A stretch of 33,941 bases of DNA. Source: Pelomyxa schiedti. Its lineage: Eukaryota > Protista > Evosea. Below, one piece after another: positions 9,825 through 20,749 of the stretch. The DNA lies in NCBI GenBank assembly GCA_020536535.1, contig JAHLWZ010000471.1:1-33941 (forward strand). The letters are read 5' to 3'. The translations under genes were made by a program, and so were the position numbers. Position 1 is the stretch's first letter, and each line of letters begins with the position of its first letter. The notes under the pieces are model-generated. The model was not told where the DNA came from. It did no database searches and saw only the letters and a program-made list of their open reading frames with translations.

Positions 9825-11918
9825 ATGCTGGTTTATGTTGTGTCTGTGTTCATAGCTGGACTCGTTGTGTTCTTTGTGCGTTTCTTCTTCCTTGGTAAGT
9901 TCAACCTTTTGTTGGGAAAAAACCGACTTGAGTAAAAATTGACGTCGTTTCGTAGCTGGAATCGACCGACCGTTCATTGAAGATGTAACGCCAACACCTA
10001 CTCCCATAAGTTCGATCCCAACAGACACAGCAAAACCGTCCGTAACGACCGTGCAACCCTCTCCCATTATCGTGGACACTCCCTCGGCAACATCAACCAC
10101 AAAACCTGCCACGATTGAAACAATCACAGCATCTCCTATTGCTGCGGAGCCAATTGTGGGCGGCTCAATCACAAAACAGAAGCCTGCCTCTCCTACTGCC
10201 GCGGAGCCAATTATGGGAGGCGGTTCGGTCACAATACAGAAGCCCACAGCCCAGAAGCCTTTTGATAATTTATCAATTCCTACTATCGCCGTAACTGGTA
10301 CTAGTAGCTCTGTTAAAACTGAAAATAGCGCCATTACTGCAGATTCCAGCAAGATCCAACCTTCAAGTACTAATGTTCAGGGTGCTACTGGCTCTTCTGC
10401 TGCAGTAATTTCAAAGATTTCTCCATCTGTCGGAATTCAGGATAAAGTAGCGGCAAAGGATAATCTGATACCTTCAAAGACGGCCAAGGCGGAGCCTCCA
10501 ATTGAGCCTAAACCAAAACCCAAGGACGAAAAACCTGTTCTCAAGACCCAAACCCTCAACAGTGCCCAATTCTTTCAGAATTTCGAAGAGCCGGAACCTC
10601 AAATACCAACTAAGCAAGTCCCAGCGGTTACATTAAAGCAAGATACCGCTATACCAGTTAAACAAGACTTAGTCACACCTGCAGTTGTTCCAGTGAAGCA
10701 AGATCCAATCGTGGCAGTCAAGCAACCCCCACTTGTTACAGTTGCTCCAGTAAAGAAAGACCCAGTCGTTCCTTTACAACAAGATCCAACCATTCCAGTA
10801 AAGCAGGAACCAATTGTTCCAGTAAAGCAGAGCCCAGTTATACCAGGCAAGCAAGACCCTATTGTTCCAGTACCGCAAACACCTGAGAGTGTTCCCTTGA
10901 AAACTGCTCAAACATTAGAAACGGCTGCATCCATCACTCCCAGTATTTCACAGGCTCCCTCAACTGTCTCTCCCACTACGACTGCTACTGGCACCGCTTC
11001 TGTTGATGCTCAACAGAAGCCACCAGAACAGGAATCTACCAAGCCGGTTGCGCCATTAAAGTCGGCGTCTGCTGCTCCTTCCTCCACTGCAGTGGCGGTG
11101 GAAGAGGCACCCAAACCCACTTCTTCTGCATCTTCAACTCCCTCAACTGGGGAGGCTGCTTTAGCACCCCCAAAACCCTCACATTATAAATCGTACTCCA
11201 TGTCATACACCGCTGCTGGAAGAAACTGGGGGTCCGCTGTATCCACGGCAAAGGCAGTAAACACAACACAAAATACAGTCAACAAGTTTGTTGCTTTTGC
11301 ACCTTCTTCAAGTGCCGCTCCGGCAAGAGTAAGAATTCTCTTTTTTTTCCCCTGCCTAATAATCCTTTATAGAAACTAGGAGGAGGGACAGACAAGGTTG
11401 AATTCATTCCCGAATTTATATTTCTTCCACTTATGTGACAATAGATGAGCCTTCTTCTCCAATGGTGTCAGGGTCTAACAGCCGGATACAAGGATGTTAG
11501 CATTACAAACCTCACAACGGTTATTGTCACCTTCTCGTGCTTTTGTTTGTACATTGCCTATCTTGCATTGCATTTCCATCTGATCAACCTGAATTCCTTC
11601 TCACATTTGATTTTCAAAAAGAGTTTCAAAGATGGACTGGCATTTTGCGCAATGATTCACAAGAAACATCCCGAACTTATAGACTTTGCCTCTCTCAAGA
11701 AGGAGAATGGTGCTGAAAATCTAAAAATTGCATTTGATGCAGGAGAGAGTCTGGGTATCACGAAATTGGTAACCCCCTAGCAACATTTCCCCTCAAGTAC
11801 CAACCAAAATTTGCAGCTTGACGTTGAAGATATTGTTGAAATGGCTGTTCCAGACAAGCTCAGCATGGCAACATACTTATTTGAGGTGTATAAAGTACTT
11901 TCCAAGGACGAGAAGTAA
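9825..11918 (+). CDS. Protein with N-terminal TM anchor, long P/S/T/K-rich stalk and C-terminal type-2 calponin-homology domain (EHBP1/MICAL/smoothelin-like CH)
   Basis: Exon 9825-9894 (MLVYVVSVFIAGLVVFFVRFFFL) splices in frame to 9956-11328, then 11373-11396, 11445-11519, 11622-11768 and 11817-11918. CH domain: [58 protein letters not shown]. The start codon is less certain than the domain. Confidence 0.85.
10625..10878 (+). repeat. Coding tandem repeat, about 8-aa unit (I/V)xPVKQ(D/E)P, roughly 9 degenerate copies
   Basis: LKQDTAIPVKQDLVTPAVVPVKQDPIVAVKQPPLVTVAPVKKDPVVPLQQDPTIPVKQEPIVPVKQSPVIPGKQDPIVPVPQ. Confidence 0.85.
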
Positions 11919-12206
11919 AATTCTTGTTTTGTTTGTGTGTTTATGATGGCTTTAGAACAGAATACTGTTTTTTCCCCTTAGAATTTCAAACCCTTAGTTG
12001 TCCTCGATGTGTTTTCTCATTCAGGAACCACACAGGGTGAGCTCTTGGGTTCTTGATGATGAGATGTATGACACCGAATTCGGTTTTTTCCTTCCTTTCC
12101 CGTACGTTTTTCTTCCAGTTTGGTTGGATCATAATTAAATAAAATCTCCAGATCTTTAGGTGACCGGGCGGTGGAGTAAATTGCGTTGGGCAGTGGATAA
12201 GGAAAA

Positions 12207-13435
12207 ATGGCTACCGGTGTCGTGTTGAGCGGGGAAGAGGCTGCTCGTGCTTTCTCGGCCAAAAATGCAAAGGAGACTCACGAAGCGAAGATGGTCATAG
12301 TAGGAAATGCTAGTATTTTTTCTGTTTTTTTATCTTTTAGAACTAGAGAACTTTTATGAAAGAGAAATTTATCCTCGTCGTTTAGCTGTGGGGAAAACGT
12401 GCCTTCTTATGCGTTGGGCGACCGGTATTTAGTTTTTACATTGATACTGTTGTTTAACTCTTTTTTTGTTTATTAGGAAATTTCTCTAATAAGCACCAGC
12501 CCACTATAGGTGGAGCCTTTCTTGACAAACATATGTAAATAACCAATTTGTCATTAACTTGGCTTACAAACTCCAAAGTGAAATCGAAGGACAGGCTGTG
12601 CATATCAAGGTGTGATACCATTTGTGGTCCTTTTTGTAAATTCTCACATCATTTAGTTGTGGGATACGGGTAACTTCCTTACTTCACGTTGTACATAATA
12701 CTAGTGAAAGCTAATAACATTATTAGCTGGATCAGAGAGATTCAGATCCATGCTCCCAATGTATGATAAACTACTCGACGGGAATAACAGTTATTTACTT
12801 CAAGATAGGTATTATCGAAACACCCAAGCAGCATTAATTGTGGTAGGTAGTAAGTTCTATTTTCCTGTCATATTCCTACCGTGTGTAGTACGACGTTACC
12901 AATCAGAGGTCTTTTCAAGACGTAAAAGTTTGGGTCGAAGGTAATGGAAACATTAATTAAAATGCACACTGCTAAACTGTCACAGAGTTAAGAAATTATA
13001 CAGATGAGCACACTGGTATTCCATAAGTTTTTTCCCTTACACTGTATAACCAAGATATACTTAGTTTTGGCCATTGCTGGAAACAAATCAGACCTGGACA
13101 CAAAAATGGTCTCAAGTGAAGAAGCAGCCGCGTACGCAAGCAGGTTTGTGAAACAAGACCCTATTGAGCTCTTTGGTTTTACATATGAGCAGCATTAACG
13201 CAATGTTTGCAGAAACCTCAGCAAAAACCAATTCCGGTACCCTCTTCCTCTTTGCCGTGCCGTGCCGTGTCAAAACAACTCAACATCCACACAAACAGGT
13301 ATTGACCAACTATTTCTGGACATTTGCCAGAGAGTGATTATCGAGTCAAAGCGGAGACTACCACAGGACAAGAGGCTCACCACCCCGCCTGTCCGCTCAC
13401 CTTCCCCAGAGGAAGCAACTGACTCGTGCTGCTGA
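12207..13435 (+). CDS. Rab GTPase of the endocytic Rab5/21/22/24 group
   Basis: 12 exons give KMVIVGNATVGKT, QPTIGGAF, LWDTAGSERFRSMLPMYYRN, AGNKSD, ETSAK and a C-terminal CC prenylation motif. Confidence 0.93.
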
Positions 13436-13632
13436 AGCACTTGGCTCAAGCTCTCTTCGCTCTGAGTCCTGGCTGGCCGGCCTTCTGCTGTCTACTGCTA
13501 TGACCCCCCTTTTGGTAACTTACGAATATGTTTATAAAGGTTGAGTTTTTTTATTTGGGTGATCACATCAACACGATTTCTTTCTGTGTCTTCCTCGTAA
13601 TGTTCGAGGTTTTTTTTTTTGCTTTCTCTTAC

Positions 13633-15084
13633 ATGGTGCACAAGGATGTTTTGCTAGTGCTGTCCCTGGCCATTTTGTGCGCAAATGCGAAGAGCGTAAG
13701 CGGATTATGGGTTGTTCGTTCCTAACGTTTCGTACAGGTTTACGTTATAAACGGTAAGAAGAAGAAGGTTACAAAACAAGTATTTAATTATTTAATTCTA
13801 ATAGGCTTGGATGGAGTGCACTACGATGTGGAGGTACTTCTATGTGTTACGATACTAATGTAGGGAATTATTATTGGTGTTCGGTTTGGTTTCATTGTTA
13901 ATATTAACTTGTGAAGCCACACGCACTTCCTGAATGGGACTCGAATTGGACAAGTGTGGGGCTTCAGTTCTTGGACCTTGTTAGTGAGTTGAAGTCACTT
14001 TCAGAGCCAGAAGGGCTCCTGCTATCATTTGACCTTAATGCTGATTTGGATGGTCCACAATGCCCTCCAACATGCTCCATTACGTGGCACGGTACAAAAC
14101 ACTAAACACTACACAAGAAATAATACTATAGCACAGGCACAACAAAGTCACTAGTTGAACACACCTTGGACATGGTAACATCCCTTAATGCGTTATTTGT
14201 ATTTGTTAAGGCATACAATTCAGCTTGATTGGGCAACCCTCATGGCATACTTCAATGATAGTTCAGATATAATATCCCACTGCCAGGGAGAAGTTTCATA
14301 TGCCACAACGGAGTTGAATGGCAAAACGCTGGCAATTGGTGTAAATCTGGAACCTGCTGACACTGCCTCATCACTCAGTGAAACACTGGCTGATGACGGG
14401 CTGGATGTGATGGAGCAATATTTAGATGATGTCTGGCAAACATTCTCTGTGGATCAATCAGCAAGTTTTTTCCCCGTTTACCGGCACTGGTTTTAACTCA
14501 CTGATACAAGATATCAGGTTCGCCATTCATCACTATGGATTCTATGTAAACATGTCTCCTGGACCAGTTGAGGATATTCCTGCTCACTCTCGTGACATAT
14601 ATTGGTGGTGCAGTGACTACGCTAACTGTGACATATACGATGAATCTGCGGAAGCAGAATTTGCCGACTTTTGTTCTGCCCATGCATCACACAATGTTTA
14701 TATTGATGCTCCAGCCATTGTAGCACTCACACCGCCGTCTTGGGACCAGCAGTATCTGGTGGACTACATCACCACCCTGTATGCTAGAGGAATACACACG
14801 CACCTTATATTTGGACAATACAACTGGGCACTAGAGGAAAACCACTACAAAGCCATAAAAACCTTGAACAACACAATCCGGATGCTACGGTACTATGGAA
14901 ACCTCACAGAGATTTCATCCTCATCCTCGGACTCTAAGGTAAACGGACTTTGAAACACAAACAAATTCACTAACACCCAAAACAGCACTCTACTTCCAGG
15001 TCATTAGATGGCTCACATGCCTGCATTGCCGCTCCCTCAATCTTCCTTGTTGTGGTATTTGTCTACATTGTGATGTGGATTTGA
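13633..15084 (+). CDS. Secreted, GPI- or TM-anchored glycoside-hydrolase-like TIM-barrel protein, apparently circularly permuted
   Basis: Exons 13633-13695, 13738-13753, 13805-13833, 13917-14091, 14137-14174, 14224-14464, 14511-14938, 14986-15084. Signal peptide, then DGVHYDVEPHALPEW, ATLMAY, LAIGVN, FAIHHY, then DIYWW, NVYID, GIHTHLIFGQYNWALEENH, a Ser-rich linker and a hydrophobic C-terminus. Confidence 0.75.
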
Positions 15085-15148
15085 GTTTGTGATAATTTAA
15101 AAAACTATTTTTCTGTTCCAACACAACAAAAAGGTGTTTTTGTTAGCT

Positions 15149-15964
15149 TTAGACAGCATCACTTACTGTCTCATACTTCTTCCCTTCGGGGGTAGAGAGA
15201 AAGGCAGATATGTTGGTGTATGGGCCACAGCGGGCCACTAGTACTGTTATCAGCACCAGCACACAGAGCGCCGTGCAACCAAATCCAACCCACCAAATCC
15301 AGGTGTCACGTATCCAAGGGTCATCATAGCACACAATCGAACTGGTACTGCTGGGATCATACCTAACATAGGATGAATTTTGTATAAGGCGGGAGCAGAA
15401 GCAGTTGGCATACCATATATCTATAACATCACTGACATTAAATCGCTTCAAAAATGTTGTGCAGTAGTACTCTGGGTTGCCAACACATTGATGGCTATCA
15501 CAACATGTAGCTTGGACTGTTGAAGCTGGAAGTATGAAAATTCTAACTGTCAAAAATAGAAAGAATACAGGGAATGTAGCATACTTCCGTCATTGAATTC
15601 GACTTTAACTTGGCCAATGGAATAACCATCCCAATCTGCGTCAGTACAGTTTTTGTTCAAAACCGTCGCAGTTGTACGTGTCCAGGATGAATCAGGGAGA
15701 CTTCAAGCAGTACATTAACATTAATTTACTTTCCATATTCTACATTTTTAAAGGTGGTGAAGAGACAAAACAAGCAAAAAAACAAAAAAATGAGAACAAA
15801 AAAAGGGGACGGCCGATAACACACGCTTTTTCTCCACTTATTTCAATAGCGCCCTGTATGACGCATAGTAGTGGAATAACTGCCAAAACTACGGCGAAAA
15901 TTGCGATCAAACTGCCTACGAGCATACGAGCGTGACCGGGCTTCATATAACACCTTCGTGGCAT
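15149..15964 (-). CDS. Two-TM protein with Cys-rich luminal loop (DUF3592-like)
   Basis: Exons 15964-15825, 15700-15585 and 15546-15149 join in frame. TM1 LIAIFAVVLAVIPLLCVI; WTRTTATV..VRYDPS pattern; TM2 WIWWVGFGCTALCVLVLITVLV. The family call is tentative. Confidence 0.65.
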
Positions 15965-16301
15965 TCTTAAAGATTAGATCGCGTGCCCTCCCAATGTGCT
16001 TCACAATTCGTTTGCTGTTGTGGCCCCAGAAGCGACCCCGAAATTAAGGGAAACTTTTTTTTTCCCTTTTTACCATCAGACAGAAGTTTGATGGAGATGG
16101 CTTCCTCTGCTTAGGGACTTTTTCCTTCACCACAAAATAGAATCCCAATTGGAGTGTGCCAACAATAAATGGCCAATGCACCGATCCAGATTCACATCCT
16201 TCGGGGAAGCTACTGTACTCTCTGATTGACTATTGTTGGGGATGTTATGAATGTCACTCCCCTTATTGATTTGCTAGAAACTAGAAAACATCATGGTGGC
16301 T

Positions 16302-17364
16302 TTATTCCTGTTTCTTTGAACAAGATTGGAATAGGGTGTATGCTTTTTGTCTCATTTCTGGTGTGGAGTCTTGACTGTAAAACACATGTGTTCCAGAGTA
16401 AAACCAATAGAAATGGAAGATTCCCCTGTCGACATTGTCCAGTTTGGGCACAACTTCATCACTTGGATAAGATGGAGTTACTCTGGCATGCGTACTGTTG
16501 GCGTTGTGGCCAGTTAAAGAGAGGTTGAGAACAAATATAACTTACTTGTGGAAGTTCTGGTTACGGGGATTGTTTATTGGAATTCCGGCTGCCTCAATGG
16601 CGGATTCTATTGAAGATACAAGTGCAAACAATTCCTCTTGCTGGTCCGGTTCGGCATGTAAATAGACGGTGACATTATCATGATCCGCATTGCACCTGTT
16701 TCATGTCCCATTAGTGCTTTCAGAGGTTTGGGATGACTACGTGTATTGTGAGTAGGTTAGATTGATTGAGTTCCACTGGATTGCTCCAATTATATCCAAG
16801 ATGGTACGCTTTTCTTCCTCCTTGTAGCAGCAAAAATCTATGCATAGAATCGTGATCAGATGGAGGAGAGCAGGAAAGAATCAGGTATTACAGTTGAGAG
16901 TGGTGTGCAAGTCCAGCAGTGATTCCATCCTGATGATATCGTCACCAGTACTTGCCGATTCAATGACATCCTGGTCAGTCCCCACCGCTTGTCTATAGTT
17001 GGAATCATCACTCAGGTAAATCTTTTTTTTTCCCCCACTAAATAAATACTTCTACTAAAATAACTACCACCACAAACTCCTCCCGTACTACTTTACTATT
17101 CGTACACAAACGGAAAGAGCAATCAAAAAGGGGAGGGAAAAAAAAAGGGCGGATTTGTATGCCCATAAGTGGGTTAGAGTGGCGAGTACAAACCAGGGTA
17201 TTGAAATTTAAAGACAGGAGGTCGTCACAGTCAGGACAGTCCTCGTCTCCTTGCCAACACACAGACTCACTCCCCAACACTCCTGCCGTGTTTCCCACGA
17301 TCACAACTACAGCCACAGAGAGCATCACTAAAAATAGCCCATTCATTCCTGTTCCTCGTCCCAT
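16302..17364 (-). CDS. Signal-peptide-bearing 2H phosphoesterase superfamily protein (LigT/2'-5' RNA ligase-like fold)
   Basis: Exons 17364 (or 17346)-17194, 17021-16892, 16837-16741, 16695-16546, 16494-16302. Two HxT motifs, LDLHTTLNYF and NFHNTHARV, lie about 85 aa apart as in 2H enzymes. Hydrophobic N-terminus LFLVMLSVAVVVIVG. Mostly invisible in the ORF track. Confidence 0.75.
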
Positions 17365-17474
17365 AATTTGGTTTGTGGTGTTGGTGCTGCCGTTGTGACA
17401 CGACAACGGTTGGGGTTTCGTGGGCTTTTTGTGATGGATGATTTTTTTTTTTTTCTGAGTTTTGATTTGAACAT

Positions 17475-19811
17475 TCAGGGTTGTTCAGGGGGTGAGGCCT
17501 GTGAGGTCCAGTCTGTGGAAATGAGAATAAGAATTACGAGCGGGAGGAAGGAATAGAAGACATGACATACCAGTGAGGTCAGTTTTGGTGATACCTGCGG
17601 TGTGGGTGCAAGGAAGGTGAAGAGCCACAAAGGGCTCAGGCTTCCCAGTGCGTTTGTTGTTGCTGTGCTTGGAAACTGCTTTGGTGAGTGTAGATATTAC
17701 ACTTGGTTTGGGCGAGCCCGGGTAAGACGGCAGCGGTGTTGTCCCGCAAAGCTTGGAGTGTCGCCATTGCAAGCCAATGCGGACCAAATGATCAAAGGTC
17801 TCAGTGACATTTGTTCCCATTCTTGAACTGGTCTAGTTGATTGCTATGGGTGGTATCATTATGTCGTAAAGTTGGAGAAACCTCAAAAAATTGACAGTTT
17901 ATCCTCTTGGCAAAAGCCACGCCGTCTTCGCGGGATACCTGTCTATCGGATTCTAGGTCACACTTGCCTCCAAGAAGAACTTTGGGAAAGTCCTTTCCAT
18001 CTTTCACTCTGAGGATCTGATCATAGAATGTCTGTGCTTCATCCATGGAACAGCGAGAAGTGATCGAGTAACTGCAAAAATTTTATTTTTCGGAGATTAA
18101 TTGTCAACATATACCCTATTGCAAATATTTCACCGGTCCTCATGTACCTAATTGTTGTTGCTTGGATTTTGTGAGTACTAATTGGGGAAGCTCATACGGA
18201 TCTCTCATTGCAGAATACCTGATCAGAGAAAAAATGTTGAATGAAAGTACCATCATATGAGGGTATTACTTACTCCTCCTGTCCGGCTGTGTTTTTGTTT
18301 TTTGGTTCGGTTGGTGTAGGGTAAGAGAAAAAATTCCATAGAAACCAGTATCTAGAATCTCAAGTGTAACTGGGATGCCATCGACAGTATGAATCTTCCT
18401 GTAGGTCTGCTCTCAGTAAGCTTTATTTTACATGAAAGGGCTCACATCTTCAATAGTGGGATCATATTCCTCAACGAAATGACCCTATAGTTAATTGTGT
18501 GATTATTTTTCGTGGGTTGGGTTGGGATAAGGGAACTGCAAGTACTTGGACAAATCGTATGATTAGAGCCGATTTCGTTCCTACACCACCACCACCCACG
18601 AAGACTATGTTCAATGGTTCTTCAGAGCATAATTGTAGGGGTAGCATATGCCGGCTCTGAGCTAGCTCTTGCAATGCGAGTTCCCCAATACTATTGTCCA
18701 ACATAAAGAGATTCTTGGGACCTGAGCCCTTCTTGATTATGTTCGCCAAGCTTAAGCCGCCAATCTCACCAAATGAACAGTTTCGCACTGATAGAGTACT
18801 TAGAACACCCGTACTTCCTGTGCTGCGTTGCTCCATCGCGTGGATGATGTGTGATATCCCTGTATCTCCTAATGGGTTATTGTCAAGATGCAGCTCCTGC
18901 AAGGACTTATTGATTGCTAGGGCAGCAGCCAGTAGCTTCCCTCCAGCCGATTTGATGCCACACTGCCGCAGTCTCAGTATTTCAAGAGTGGAACTTACAG
19001 CAATATGAGGGGCAAGTTCTTGCAGGCACGATTTTGTTACTGGAGAGTTGTATAAGTCCAGTGAAGACAAGTGCTGCAGGTGAGAGGCAAGTGCACGGGC
19101 ACTCTTTTCTGGAAAAGAGTATCCAAGTAGTTGCATAGACCCACTGAAATGACCACACGCATTCAGCATCCCAACGGCAAAGCTTTCACAGGCAGGAACC
19201 AGTGCAACATTGCGAAACACAGGAAGCTGGCAGAAGCACTCTGCGGATCCAGAGGTGCAATGGTTGCACTGTGAGCAGTGAGTGCAAGAACCAGAGGAAC
19301 AGATTCTGCAAGGCGAACTTGAAGAAGAAAGATTCCGGTTCGTGCTACCCGAGGCCATCTTAGCAAAGTGCGAGCACAGAACCTGAGTGGACCGCTCTCC
19401 AAAAACCAGACGGTCTCGAGAATCTTCCGGGAAGGACAAAACACGGCCGGTGATCAACAGGCCCCTCATCAAATCCTCAGGTCCCCCAAACCCCTCCGGG
19501 ATCCCCAAGTACATAGAAAGTGATTCCACACTAGTGAGTGGCGTTCATTGGATGAACGAACTCGTTAAAAAAAGGAAAGGAGAGGAGAGGAGAGAAGAGA
19601 AGAGAATCGAAAAGAAAAGGAAGAATGGGGGAAAAAAAAAAAGCACCGCGCACCTCGTGCGTTCGTAATGTGTGGGGCGTGGTACAAGGTTTTCAACCCC
19701 AGAAGCAGCACGGAAAAGGAGATCGCAAAGAGCACTGGAGCACTGGGGGTCTGATTCATCCGACACGTCCCGTCCCTCTCGTATCAGCTCAATCAACGGC
19801 TTTCGTCGCAT
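17475..19811 (-). CDS. RNI-like leucine-rich-repeat protein fused to a C-terminal Ras-family GTPase domain
   Basis: LRRs: LSSLDLYNSPV, LEILRLRQCGI, LQELHLDNNPLGDTG, LSTLSVRNCSFG. Spliced Ras domain: [63 protein letters not shown]..ETSSR. Splicing at the 3' end is uncertain (stop at 17475 or 17485). Confidence 0.85.
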
Positions 19812-20749
19812 TGTTGTTTTCTGAACTGGACGGTTTGTCTCGGGTCGAGTTTGGTGCGTTGAACTGAGGCACTGTTCACCAGAAGAAGTAATACCACTGA
19901 ATTTCAAAGACGCTGTGGTCCCCTCTGAGTTGTTCACACCAGGAAACCCTCATCATCCTGGCTTCAGCGAACTCTGGGAGACCCGTCCTCTTTCGGTGTT
20001 GCAAAAAAAATTTCTTGTTCAGTCGACTTCGAAGTATGGGAAAAAAGAGCCTGTTGAACGATAAAAGAGACTTTCTTATTGCACACCAAGTCTTATGGAA
20101 TTCAAGGGTTTTTTTCAAAAGAGTCCAGTCAATACAAACAAGATACGAAACAGAGTTGCATCTTATTAGAATCAAGCACTGAAAAGCCAACGCCAACACA
20201 TACAAACAAAGCTTATACAAGACTGATGCTTTTCTCTCAGCACTACCAAGTTTCTGAGGAGCCAGACCAACTTTCACATGACACAATACACATCCCGAAC
20301 ATTTTGGGCTCTTTTGTCACACTTTGATGCTTGCCATGAGTCTGACGAGCAGGAGATCCCCTACAAGTTTCTGGCTCCTCCAACCTCTTTCTTCCCTTAT
20401 TCACATCAGTTTATTTTATACAGGTGTGTGGCAATTCATTCAAAGGGAGACATCCCACAAGAAAGGATGCATTGTTGTAACTGGTGAAACTGCCACACAG
20501 AAAGGGTATACCATACCCTCTGCCACAATTGTGCTTTATCCCAAGTCTTCCCATTTTAGCATTGTGAATCCCCTTGTCCGACTCCTCTTTAGGCTACACG
20601 CATCGAAAAAGTACCTTGCCTGCACCAAACACAAACACAGAAACAACCCGTAAAAGGCCATACCGGATCTTCGATTTTCGTGAAACGATCGTAAATTTGA
20701 ACAAATTAATTAACTTGCCCGAGCCGAGCGCCCGCGAACATAACCACAC

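Noticed and set aside
14461-14466. Possible GC-AG intron donor (GCAAGT)
   Set aside because: No in-frame acceptor; the GT donor at 14465 restores the frame.
19570-19645. Purine-rich GGAGA/GAAGA microsatellite-like tract
   Set aside because: It is the pyrimidine-rich first intron of the minus-strand LRR-Ras gene.
19870-20700. Several short ORFs between the LRR-Ras and GPCR genes
   Set aside because: No coherent spliced model or recognisable motif on either strand.
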